From Bacteroidales bacterium (GTDB taxonomy: Bacteria > Bacteroidota > Bacteroidia > Bacteroidales > CAIWKO01), in NCBI GenBank assembly GCA_035389045.1, contig DAOORA010000007.1, forward strand, positions 1 to 64,000: 64,000 bases of DNA, given 5' to 3'. How positions within the stretch are numbered: position 1 is the stretch's first letter; every line of letters starts with the position of its first letter. Both the position numbers and the translations under genes were made by a program. Below the pieces are notes generated by a model. The model had not been told where the DNA came from. It saw nothing but the letters and a program-made list of their open reading frames with translations, and made no database searches. This document shows, in pieces, positions 20,656 to 31,100 of the stretch.

Positions 20656-21342
20656 TTATTCCTGGCCATTAAGTTGCTGTTTCATCTGTTCTTTTTCTTC
20701 AGCAGTCAGTTCAGTATAATCATCCGGGATAAGAAAATCAGTATCTTTTACTTTGCCTTTTTTAACTTCAGTTGCTGTGAACGTGGTGATAATACCATCA
20801 GGAGTAGTGACGACATATTCCAATGCCACACCTTTAAGTTTATTGAATTGTCCTCCGTAGTTCAGCATTTCGCCTCCGAGTTCTTCTGTATAATAAACCA
20901 CTGAGGTACTTGTTTCGTCATCCTGGGTGACTGAATATTCGGCTTTTTTACACACATACCCGGCGACAGTTTTTGTTTCATCCTTATAGGTGATGACCGG
21001 TTCCGGGCTTTCAGATATTTGTTTTTCTATTTCCTCGGTGGTCATTTTATAATATTTTTTCTCGCCCATAATGTCGAGCAGGGTGGTGCTGGTTTTATTA
21101 TCCCCGTCGGTAATTATGTCAATATTCACAGGCCCCATAGGAATGTTCATTTTTTGTTTGTTTTCGTAAATGGAAAGGATCATAAGCTTTGGCTGTTGTG
21201 CTGCAGTGGCAGGGTCTATGGTTCCGGAGTAGGCTATGGTGTAGTTGACCACTCCTTTAAATTTTTTCTGAGCGAAACTGTTCAAACCGCATACGATACC
21301 GACGGTCATGATAATAACGAATGCACTGATTGCTTTTTTCAT
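20656..21342 (-). CDS. Exported protein, DUF4412/GLPGLI-like
   Basis: Signal peptide; FKGVVNY, ETKTVAGYVCKKA, G..LEY, F.IP.DY motifs. Confidence 0.7.
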   Translation of the reverse strand: MKKAISAFVIIMTVGIVCGLNSFAQKKFKGVVNYTIAYSGTIDPATAAQQPKLMILSIYENKQKMNIPMGPVNIDIITDGDNKTSTTLLDIMGEKKYYKMTTEEIEKQISESPEPVITYKDETKTVAGYVCKKAEYSVTQDDETSTSVVYYTEELGGEMLNYGGQFNKLKGVALEYVVTTPDGIITTFTATEVKKGKVKDTDFLIPDDYTELTAEEKEQMKQQLNGQE

Positions 21343-21375
21343 GATAATGTTTTTTTAAAATTTACTCCGTGTTTG

Positions 21376-21383
21376 CAAATATA
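21376..21383 (-). promoter_or_regulatory. TAnnTTTG -7 promoter element
   Basis: TATATTTG(CA) 34 nt upstream of ATG 21342; second candidate TACATTTG at 21403-21410. Confidence 0.5.
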
Positions 21384-21643
21384 GTACCAATTATTTTTCA
21401 CGCAAATGTAGGTGTTTGAATTATGGTGCAGATTATTTTTTGATAAAAGTTATCAATAAAGAAATTAACAGCTGGTGAATTTATTACGTTGAGCACAATT
21501 CAGTTCTGCCAATAACGTTTGACCACACTGTAATCAATTGAAATTGTTGTATTTATAGTTAAAAAGATTTGCTTGATGCCTAACAATCTTTCTATGTATT
21601 ACCTTACCGTAGCCCGAAGATGCCTCATAAATTTCACCTGGCG

Positions 21644-23038
21644 CTACATATATCCAAGAATTTTCATCATAGACTTGTAGCTTTGTTCTTTTGCAAAGAG
21701 TCTGGGATACAATTCACCGTCCTCATCTTTTTCGATGAGGATGTGTTTGGGGGCAGGGGTGAGACAATGCTGTATTCCGCCATATCCTCCTAAAGATTCC
21801 TGATATGCTCCGGTATGAAAAAGGCCGATATAAAGCGGCTCGTTGTCTTCGTATTTGGGTAGGAAGACAGCGTTGGCATGAGCTTCTGCGTTGTAGAAAT
21901 CATGACTGTCGCAGGTAAGTCCGCCCAGGTGGACGCGCTCATATTCTCTATCCCAGTGGTTAATGGCAAGCAGAACAAAGCGTTGATTAATTGCCCATGT
22001 ATCTGGTAATGTAGTCATGAAGGAACTATCGATCATATCCCATAACTCACGGTCATTTTGTTGTTTCTGACCGAGAATGGAATATATAACAGCACCGCTT
22101 TCACCTACAGTATATGAACCAAACTCAGTGAAAATATTGGGTTCAGGCACATTGTTCTGCTGACATATATTCTTTATCTGGAAGACGATTTCTTCTGCCA
22201 TATATTCATAATCGTAGTCAAATGCGAGCGAGTTCTTTACAGGAAAACCACCCCCTATATTTAAAGAATCGAGGTCTTTGCATATTTTTTTCAGTTCACA
22301 ATATACATTAACACATTTTGACAATTCGCTCCAGTAATAGGCATTGTCCCTGATGCCAGTGTTAATGAAGAAGTGAAGCATTTTTAGTTCAAATTTAGGA
22401 TTGTTTTTGATATTGACCTTATAGAAATCTAATATGCCGTTATATCGTATACCCAGGCGCGAAGTGTAAAAGTCAAAACGGGGTTCTTCTTCTGACGCAA
22501 TGCGTATTCCGAGCTTACATTTCTTTTTGGTAAGAGCCGCAAAATGATCAAGTTCTTTCTTGTTATCAAGAACAGGAATCGTATTTATAAACCCACTGTT
22601 TATCAGCCTGCAGATTTCCTCTATGTATCCGATTTTTTTAAAGCCGTTGCAAATGATATAGATATCTTTGTCAATCTTTTTTTCTTCAAACAGGCTGTCG
22701 ATAATACTGATATCAAACTCGGATGAAGTTTCCAGGTGGACATCATTTTTTAATACTTCATGCATGATAAACTGAAAGTGTGAGCTTTTGGTACAATAAG
22801 CATAATGGTATTCACCCTGGTAATCTGCTTTAGCAAAAGCAACATTAAATAGCTTTTTAGCTTTTTGTATTTGTGATATTATCTTTGGTAAAAAGCTAAT
22901 TCTTAATGGAGTGCCATATTGCTTTATGAGATCAGTCAGACAAATCCCATTAAAGTAAAGCTCATTATCATCAACTTTAAATTCATCCTGAGGAAAATCA
23001 AATGTTTGCTGAATAAGGTCAATATATTTTGTTTTCAT
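21644..23038 (-). CDS. speA: Arginine decarboxylase (PLP-dependent fold type III, short Bacteroidota form)
   Basis: YCTKSSHF PLP lysine, ICNGFK, LNIGGGFP, FTEFG, LTCDS, TGAYQE motifs. Confidence 0.9.
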   Translation of the reverse strand: MKTKYIDLIQQTFDFPQDEFKVDDNELYFNGICLTDLIKQYGTPLRISFLPKIISQIQKAKKLFNVAFAKADYQGEYHYAYCTKSSHFQFIMHEVLKNDVHLETSSEFDISIIDSLFEEKKIDKDIYIICNGFKKIGYIEEICRLINSGFINTIPVLDNKKELDHFAALTKKKCKLGIRIASEEEPRFDFYTSRLGIRYNGILDFYKVNIKNNPKFELKMLHFFINTGIRDNAYYWSELSKCVNVYCELKKICKDLDSLNIGGGFPVKNSLAFDYDYEYMAEEIVFQIKNICQQNNVPEPNIFTEFGSYTVGESGAVIYSILGQKQQNDRELWDMIDSSFMTTLPDTWAINQRFVLLAINHWDREYERVHLGGLTCDSHDFYNAEAHANAVFLPKYEDNEPLYIGLFHTGAYQESLGGYGGIQHCLTPAPKHILIEKDEDGELYPRLFAKEQSYKSMMKILGYM

Positions 23039-23095
23039 TTTTGATGTAAATTAGTTCGATTGATAAAAAAATAATAATGTAATTAATATGGATTG

Positions 23096-23114
23096 CAAAT
23101 TTAATGCAAAAGTA
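23096..23114 (-). promoter_or_regulatory. Two overlapping candidate -7 promoter elements for speA
   Basis: TAAATTTG (23096-23103) and TACTTTTG (23107-23114), each followed by CA. Confidence 0.45.
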
Positions 23115-23257
23115 ATTATTTCAGAATAAATGCGGTATTCTAAAAAAATAAAATTTGTTACTCAGAATTTACGTTGAAATTGTTTGTAATATTCAACATG
23201 GAATGTGAACCTGTTAAAACAGAGCAAATTCAAAGGTAATGACAATCAAATGTGATG

Positions 23258-26200
23258 CTATCTGTCTGCTATAATGATCATTGAACGTGTTGCATTGAAG
23301 TTTCTGGTGACACCTTCAACAGCGATTTTGTAAAAATAAGCCCCGCTTTTTAACCCCGAACCGTCGAAGCGGATGGTGTATTTTCCCGCCTTTTGAACTG
23401 TTGATACGAGCGTACCCACTTCCTGTCCCAGAACATCATATGCTTTTACCACTACATTGCCATCTTCAGGCAGAACGTATCCAATTTCCGTTGCTCCGGC
23501 GAAAGGATTCGGATGATTCTGGTTCAGTTCAAAATCCATATCCTGTGTAATACGGACCTCGGGATAACTCAAGCGGATACCATGCATAACCTCCGCTGTT
23601 TTATCGGCAAATTCACTTCTGGCATCTAAAGCAAACACAATGTTGTCTTTGTCTGAGGCATCTTCGCTGACTGTTAAATGAAGAACACACAATACGTCAT
23701 TGTTATTAAATATTGCCGGCGATAAACTATCCCAGGCAATGATGATTTTATCATTTTTAGCGCTATATAAAAATCCGGGCAGGGAGGATGAAATACTCTT
23801 CACATCAATGAACTGTCCGGGATAATCAAGAATTAGCGTAACTGCTGCGGGTTGAATCATGTGTTCACATATGACCGGAAGATCAATATCCTGGTTCCTG
23901 TTTGTGAATATCTCACCTTTCCTGAAAAGGTCAATTCCGGAAGATTTGAGTAACACAGGCGTAAAGGAGCCGTTCACATCGCCGGCGCATAAGGTTTTTA
24001 TTTCATGTGTAATATTACTGTCCGCAACTATAAGAGCATCTTTAAGAAATACAATATCCTGTATCTGGAAATTATCTATCTGCCCTACTACGCGTTTTCG
24101 TATCAGTAATGCATCTGTACTTGATATTGAATTTGTATGATTCACATCAGCCGCTGAGTCCTGTAAGCTGTTCAATGCCGATAAGCCGATACTGGCCCTG
24201 CGCACCAACAACGCATCTGTTGAATTGACACCTCCCCAAGGGAAATCGGAAAACGCATCAATTAAATAAGTTTTTTGTGCTTTATATCCAAAATCATACG
24301 CTCCATTCTGATCGGCACTGACAGAATCTATTTTGGTCCCATCATTATGCCTTAAATAAACCAAAGCATTACCTACAGGAGTATTTGCATTATTCTGATA
24401 CGTAACTGTACCGGATATTAACCTCGGATACCCCAGAACGATCGTTTCCTCAGGCATATTTTTCATTGGCTCGGTATTACCAACATAGTCTTTGGCTATA
24501 GAAAAGAACCGGTACTCTGAGTTCTCTATACCAGAAAGACTTGCCGTATCCCCAAAAGTGTATTCTCCAAATAAATAATACGGCCCTGCATCCCTGGAAT
24601 AATAGAGCATATATTCCTGAATACCGCAACCGCCGGGGTCATCCTGCCCGCTGAACAGAATATCGAGTGAGCTGGGAGAGGTCAATATAAGCGTATCTAT
24701 AGAACTCGTAGGCGCAACAGCATCTACTTTATTAAACCATTTATTTGTATTAATAGATTCGTTAATATCAAAGACAATTTTGGCCTGAGCCAGGACTGAA
24801 TCTCCAGTAATATCAGAAGATTTTGGTTTAATAGTAAAAGTAACAAATCCTTCCCCTAAATGGGTATTGGTATCATTGACAGGCAAAAAACCTGTCTGCG
24901 GGTCATTAGGAGGCAGGCCGGTTGCCGGATCAATGGACTGGAATATCCAAAATGCTTCCTGATTAACCACATCCAGTCCTGCGATAATATCTACAAAAAC
25001 CCCTAATGAGTCTGTCAGATCCAATCTTTTTGAATAGTACGAGGTGTTGGGAGGAATTAAAAAATTATTATTTCCAAAACCGAAATCTCCAAGCTGCAAT
25101 GAATTCATATCGATCGTTTCGTTTAACGGAATTGAAATTCTCACATCCTGTGCAGGAGCAGTAGCAAAGACAGGGTCATTTTCAAACCAGACCGTATAGG
25201 ATAATCTATCCCTGACGGATACCCATTGCTCCTCTGCATACCCTGCTGGTCCGATAATTATATTCGGATCTTTAGAGCATTTGACCGGTATAAACAGCAC
25301 AAAGACACATGTACTGGCATTACAACCATTGGTATCCGTTACCGAGCAGCAATACCTTCCTGATTTTGCTATGGTATGAGAGCCTCCGGGCCAACTATAA
25401 TTATACGGCGGTCTTCCTCCGGATGCTGTTGCCGTTAAGGTTGTTGAAGGCGGACTTGTATTATTACAATATGTTATAAACGTATTACCTCCGCCTATGG
25501 ATAATGTCAGTTTCTGTGGGTCATTTATGGTAACACTTTTTTTTCCGTGGCATCCTTCGGAATCTGTCACAGAAACTGTATATGTGCCTGCAGCGAGGCC
25601 GGAAACAGATGGCCCTGTGGCGCCATTTGACCACAGGAATGTATATGGCCCAGGCCCGCCTGACGTGGAAGCTGTTGCAGTCCCATTGTTTTGTCCAAAA
25701 CAGGAAGGCGGTGTTGATGTAAATTCAACCGTATCGACCTCATAATTCACTTCTAACAAAATCGATTTATTTCCATAACATCCATTCGTATCAGAAACCG
25801 TTACGCTGTAAGTTCCTTCTGATAAGCCCGTAATGGTAGCTGTTGTATCGCCATTTGACCACTCATACGAGTATGGCGGGCTGCCTCCGCTGACCATTGC
25901 TGTAGCCGTACCATCTCCGGTATTATCGCAGCCTTCGGGTAACCCCGTTATAGAAGTTGGCAGCGTAGTCATTGAAAGCTCCATTTCAAAATCAATTACC
26001 TGTTCGCAGCCTAAGGCATTTGTATATGTAACTGAATATTGCCCTTCCGTCAGGTTCGTAATAACGTATATCGTATCGGTAGGACTTGTACTCCATACAA
26101 AATCATACTCATTGGGGTTACCTCTTTTTATTATAACAGCTGCCCAGCCGTTTGAATCGCCTTCGCATTTGATTGAATTATGCTGTACCTTTGCTGAGTC

Positions 26201-28099
26201 GGAGGCCGAACCCACACCCACGGCAAACCAGGCATCCAGGACTGGGTTTGCAGCTTCTGAACATTCTCCGAAAAGGTCTGCGGCTGAAATAAGAGAATAT
26301 TTACGCACTTCCTTATAATTTGATCCCGGTGTCAGATACACGGTCATAGTACGGTAAGCAATCCAACTCGCATCATCTATACCGATGCCGGTAACATCGT
26401 ATGTGTCATTTTTGTCGTTAACGCCGGCACCTCCCTCCGAAAGAAGGTAGAACCAACGCGCCAGAACACCACAATTATAATGCACACCGCCCCTGTCACC
26501 ATTACCTGTAAGCCAATTATTTCCTTGATATGTGTCGGGGCGACCAAAAAGCTTTGGATCTGACAGGGAACGAACGGATCCAACATCTTCAGCTATAATC
26601 CAGTTAGCCTCTGCAGGTTTTGCAAAGTGCTCAATACAAGTTGCGAAAATATCACAAAAACCCTCATTTAGCGCCCCTGATTCTCCCCAATACGTGAGAT
26701 TACAAGTTTTCTCATCCAGTCCATGTGTTATCTCATGTCCAATAATATCAAGAGCAACCATAGGGCCATTAAAAGAATTACCATCACCATATGTCATACA
26801 GGAGCCATTCCAGAATGCATTATAATTATTCCCATAATTAGGATCAATAAGAGGAAGGTTTGCATGGACATAATTCACAAGTTTAAAGCCCATATTATCA
26901 ATACTGTTGCGATTGAATACCGTTTGGAAGTAATCATAGGTTTTTTCTGCACCCCAATGGGCATCGGTAGCAGCTTCATCCTGTACTGCATTCACATTGT
27001 CCCAGTAATTGTCGGTATCGGTAAAATCGACAGCAGAACCGTAGTTGGGAGTCATCTGCATATTATAAGTTTCAATACCATTACCCCTCACAGTTTCACG
27101 CAAACGAAAAAAACTGTACGGGAAGCCCTGAACCGTATCTGTCACAAAGTCCGTTATGATGGTTTGGATGCCGCTGTATTTCGTAGAGGCTAAACCCGCA
27201 ACATTTACGGTAACTGCCGGGTTGGATGCCGCCATAGCATTCGCGTTTATAATTCCAGGATACGCGTATTTGCAGTGAAATGTATTACTTACAGAAGCGT
27301 AGGCCTGACGATCTGGTTGCAAGCCTGTATACGGCGTTACCGGGAGAACGGAAACGTCTGTTCTGTGTAATCTGTCCAGCTCTAAAAGAATTTCTCCATT
27401 GCCGGCATCAACAAAAACATATGATCTTGACGTGGGTATTTGCGCATAAATATCAAACATGTATGCCATTCTGAATGATGAATCGTCTTTGTCCGGCATG
27501 TAGCATAGTTTTCCGTCCGGGTAGTAAGTATTGAGCGGATCGCCGGAGAACTTCTTCAAATACGCTTCTTCAACCGGATTCTCCCATTTGTATTGCTGTG
27601 CATTTAAAAAAGATAACGCCTTTGCCAGAGCCTGCGATTCCGTGAGGGTTTTACTGTTTGATGCTGCCATATCTGCTATTATATCACCGTTGAAAGCAAA
27701 TACTTTTCCATCTTTGGTATGAACAATATATTCTTTCTCAAAAATTTCATTACCCAGGTATGTCTGAGCGTACCTGTAATGCACCTCGCCCCTGTTGTCC
27801 CTTTCGGTGCTTTTCAGAACAAATCCAATTTCCGGTGATAAATTCAGGTTTTGGGACAACCATTGTTGCCATTCGCTGAAATTCACTTCGCTGCCTTTTT
27901 TCATTTTAATATAATCAGGTAATTCACTGCTGTTTTCATAATCCACACGCGAAGCCCCCCTTATCCTGCTTTCTGCTTTTAATGAAGTATATATCTGGGA
28001 ATAACACAAAAATCCTGAGTATAGAAATATAAATCCCATTATCAGCAAGCACTTGATTATCATATGAGTTGAATTGTTTTTTATGACTGTGATTCTCAT
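23258..28099 (-). CDS. Thermolysin-family (M4) metalloprotease with SprB repeats, SxDPN domain, dockerin-like, cohesin-like and T9SS CTD modules
   Basis: Signal peptide; FTP/PepSY propeptide; NAFWNG, YGDG, HEITH (26721-26737), GALNEGFCD, GVHYN; SprB repeats (GG.PPY.Y.WSNG); CSKDPN; duplicated ST-DALL dockerin (~24065-24237); cohesin-like domain; QNHPNPF CTD. Confidence 0.92.
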   Translation of the reverse strand: MRITVIKNNSTHMIIKCLLIMGFIFLYSGFLCYSQIYTSLKAESRIRGASRVDYENSSELPDYIKMKKGSEVNFSEWQQWLSQNLNLSPEIGFVLKSTERDNRGEVHYRYAQTYLGNEIFEKEYIVHTKDGKVFAFNGDIIADMAASNSKTLTESQALAKALSFLNAQQYKWENPVEEAYLKKFSGDPLNTYYPDGKLCYMPDKDDSSFRMAYMFDIYAQIPTSRSYVFVDAGNGEILLELDRLHRTDVSVLPVTPYTGLQPDRQAYASVSNTFHCKYAYPGIINANAMAASNPAVTVNVAGLASTKYSGIQTIITDFVTDTVQGFPYSFFRLRETVRGNGIETYNMQMTPNYGSAVDFTDTDNYWDNVNAVQDEAATDAHWGAEKTYDYFQTVFNRNSIDNMGFKLVNYVHANLPLIDPNYGNNYNAFWNGSCMTYGDGNSFNGPMVALDIIGHEITHGLDEKTCNLTYWGESGALNEGFCDIFATCIEHFAKPAEANWIIAEDVGSVRSLSDPKLFGRPDTYQGNNWLTGNGDRGGVHYNCGVLARWFYLLSEGGAGVNDKNDTYDVTGIGIDDASWIAYRTMTVYLTPGSNYKEVRKYSLISAADLFGECSEAANPVLDAWFAVGVGSASDSAKVQHNSIKCEGDSNGWAAVIIKRGNPNEYDFVWSTSPTDTIYVITNLTEGQYSVTYTNALGCEQVIDFEMELSMTTLPTSITGLPEGCDNTGDGTATAMVSGGSPPYSYEWSNGDTTATITGLSEGTYSVTVSDTNGCYGNKSILLEVNYEVDTVEFTSTPPSCFGQNNGTATASTSGGPGPYTFLWSNGATGPSVSGLAAGTYTVSVTDSEGCHGKKSVTINDPQKLTLSIGGGNTFITYCNNTSPPSTTLTATASGGRPPYNYSWPGGSHTIAKSGRYCCSVTDTNGCNASTCVFVLFIPVKCSKDPNIIIGPAGYAEEQWVSVRDRLSYTVWFENDPVFATAPAQDVRISIPLNETIDMNSLQLGDFGFGNNNFLIPPNTSYYSKRLDLTDSLGVFVDIIAGLDVVNQEAFWIFQSIDPATGLPPNDPQTGFLPVNDTNTHLGEGFVTFTIKPKSSDITGDSVLAQAKIVFDINESINTNKWFNKVDAVAPTSSIDTLILTSPSSLDILFSGQDDPGGCGIQEYMLYYSRDAGPYYLFGEYTFGDTASLSGIENSEYRFFSIAKDYVGNTEPMKNMPEETIVLGYPRLISGTVTYQNNANTPVGNALVYLRHNDGTKIDSVSADQNGAYDFGYKAQKTYLIDAFSDFPWGGVNSTDALLVRRASIGLSALNSLQDSAADVNHTNSISSTDALLIRKRVVGQIDNFQIQDIVFLKDALIVADSNITHEIKTLCAGDVNGSFTPVLLKSSGIDLFRKGEIFTNRNQDIDLPVICEHMIQPAAVTLILDYPGQFIDVKSISSSLPGFLYSAKNDKIIIAWDSLSPAIFNNNDVLCVLHLTVSEDASDKDNIVFALDARSEFADKTAEVMHGIRLSYPEVRITQDMDFELNQNHPNPFAGATEIGYVLPEDGNVVVKAYDVLGQEVGTLVSTVQKAGKYTIRFDGSGLKSGAYFYKIAVEGVTRNFNATRSMIIIADR

Positions 28100-28131
28100 A
28101 ATAAATTCTTATTAGTGATTTTGTCCATTTA

Positions 28132-31100
28132 TTAATACTCGATAATATATCCCAAACCTGAAAGCGTTTTTGTATATATGGTAATAGTTCCTGTCACTCC
28201 GGGCCTCAGCATACCGGAAGGTCCCTGATCTTCTTCCAGATTGAGAATCAATTCATGATACATGCCGGCCAACTGGTCAATATTTAATGCGACAGGAGAA
28301 ATAGTAAGACTTCTCACTTTTGCCCTGGGATCTGTAATATTGGTGTTGCCAAGGTTAGTGAATTCAATAGTAAAGCTTGTCACCCTGTTCGGCCGTGCTG
28401 AAGGAGGTGCAATAATATATACTCCCAGGTCAGGCTCCGTTCCCTCAACGACTTCAAAACCATCCTGCCGTACACAGGTATCGCCATTTGATTTTTCCAG
28501 AACAAGGTCAAAAACACCGGTGGGTACGTTGGTCAGATCAAATGTCGCAAATACTCTTGAATAGTTAACAAATATCAGGTCATGAGCGGTAATGATATTT
28601 GCGCCGTTTTCAAGACGCACTTCCATATTCGGGTCAAACTTCGAGCCTGTGATCTCCAATGTAACCTGTCCTGTATTACCGCCGGCGGCAGGATTCAGGG
28701 ACAGTATCTGAAACGTAAGAATTTTAGCGTTCACATGAACCAACTGACTATTTCCCAGTAGTGTATTTCCGTATAACATTAAATAGTAGTTGCCGTTATA
28801 GACAGAAGGAACGATGATTTCCTGGTTTCCCTGATAGGGATTGCTTCCGGAATAATCATGGATGATTCTGCCGGGCATATCATCATAACTCAGGTACATT
28901 TCATTATTACCGTTGAGTGAGTCAGCCTTCATTGTAGTAAGCATAGTCTCTTCGTTTTGAGAGTAATCAACAGGTATCCGGAAGTACAGGTTCTCAAGAT
29001 TATTCAGTGTATCTGCCAATGTAACCCCAAGCGGTAATTCAAGGACATCGGCAAACAACAGGTCATTTGAAACAGCGATATTGTTTTCTTCCTCAGTTTC
29101 ATAAATCATGTTCAACACATCTGTCCTTACAAAAACGTAGTAAAATCCTAAATGAAGGTCTTTCACATTTGCAGTCAGGCTCCTTGTCATTTCAGCATCA
29201 GGGGCAAGATTTTCCATTGACTGATATACCCCGAACACTATATCGTTAACATCCCAGGTATTATCATCGGAAAAATACACAATGTCTTTTATGATACCGT
29301 TTGCGGGATGGAGTCCGGTGTTCCTGATCGTCCAGTGAATTGTTGCAGATTTACCAACGATAACAGTATCAGGGAGATTCACATTCACAATGTTCAGGTC
29401 TGCCGGTGGGGGCTGAGACGCCACAATGAAGGAATGAAATGTATTATTAGTTTCGTTTAATTCATATATTGTATTACTAAAATCGGCAACCATAATCATC
29501 ACATAATTACCGGATAAATTATTTGGTAATGTCACGGTAATCGAATCCGTATATGTCTGGGTTAACCCGAGCGAAGCAGTCCTTGTCTTTGTCCCGATCA
29601 GCAAATCACCTGAATTAACTATGAGATCGGATGATACATATATCTTATCTGACCATGTACATCCTGTAATATTTCCTTGTCCCTGGTTCCGGACTGTCCA
29701 GGCTATATTGAAAGGGATGCCTGTGAATGCCTGAGCAGGTATGGAAAATGAAGTTACCTCAAGGTCGGGTGGCGGTGTGAGGGTAATATGGATTTTTACA
29801 TTGTGGTTATTTACTTTCTTTACATTCCAATTGTTTAATAAGTTGTTATCATTATTCACCTGTTCATGATCAGCAACCACCAGCAGGTAATAATCGCCGT
29901 TAATCCCGTTGGGCAAGGTGAGCGCCTGACTGCCATTATAACTTTCTTCATAACCCAGAGGCCCGTAATGATAAAGTTGGCCGAGATAAATGTCTGTACC
30001 GGCATCCCATACACTGTCGGCAGATAAAAAGACGGCATCAAACCACGACAGGGCTGTAATTGCATTTGCCTGATTTTTCACGGTCCATTGTATATTTATC
30101 GTTTGTCCGGAATTTGCCGAATCAGGATTATCCACATTCAGCATGATGAGATCGGCCGGATGAAGCGCTTCGATGAAAAGCATATTACTTCTTAACACAT
30201 TATTATTTTCGCTACTATGTTCAAAAACGCTATCCTCCTGGTCTGTGAAAACATAAATATAATAAATTCCTGTTGTCATGCCATCGGGAAGGTTTACTGT
30301 TGAATTGGTTGAATAAGATGTATCAGCATTGAGAGAAAACGATTGTGCAAAGGAACGAAGGTGCACAGATGAACCCGGATCCCAGACAGGAACTGGCGAT
30401 AGGTATACTTTGTCTATCCATGTTTTATCCGTGATGTTTTTTATGCCTTCATTTTTCACAATAAAATCCAGTGGGATAGAATTTCCTGCCATAGCCGAAT
30501 CGGGCATTTGAATATTTATGACCTGCAGGTCGGCCCATGCACCGGGCGTAAGATGTATCAGACCATCGGCTATATTGTTGTTGTTATAAAAACATTCTTC
30601 TATATCATTATTGAAGTCGGTAAAAATATGTATATAATAATCACCATGAAGATTTTCAGGGATGTTGAATACCGACTGATTTACGAGGCTGTCGCCGGGA
30701 TGGAAAGTACCGGTACAAGCTTTATCACCCAGCACCATTAGCCCCCCCTGGTTATATGACGGAAAATGTGATAAAAAAACACGGTCTGTCCATGATTCAT
30801 TCACAATGGATAATGTGCCGGCATTTTTTATTACCCATTGAATGCCGGCAGTATCACCGGAGTATGCAGAAGATGGACTAAGCAGGGTTTGAACAATCAG
30901 GTCAGGTCTTACTATTTCTATAGTGCCGGCGCTATGTTCAACATTATTTCCCTCTGAATTATTTTCAAATATTTCATGAAAACCATCAGTATAAATGTAC
31001 ACATAATACGTGCCGGGAACCATGGAATCTGTTATGTCGACAAGCATCTGCCTATAAATTGTATCACCCGGCGCTAAAAAATCGTTACAGTTTAAAACGC

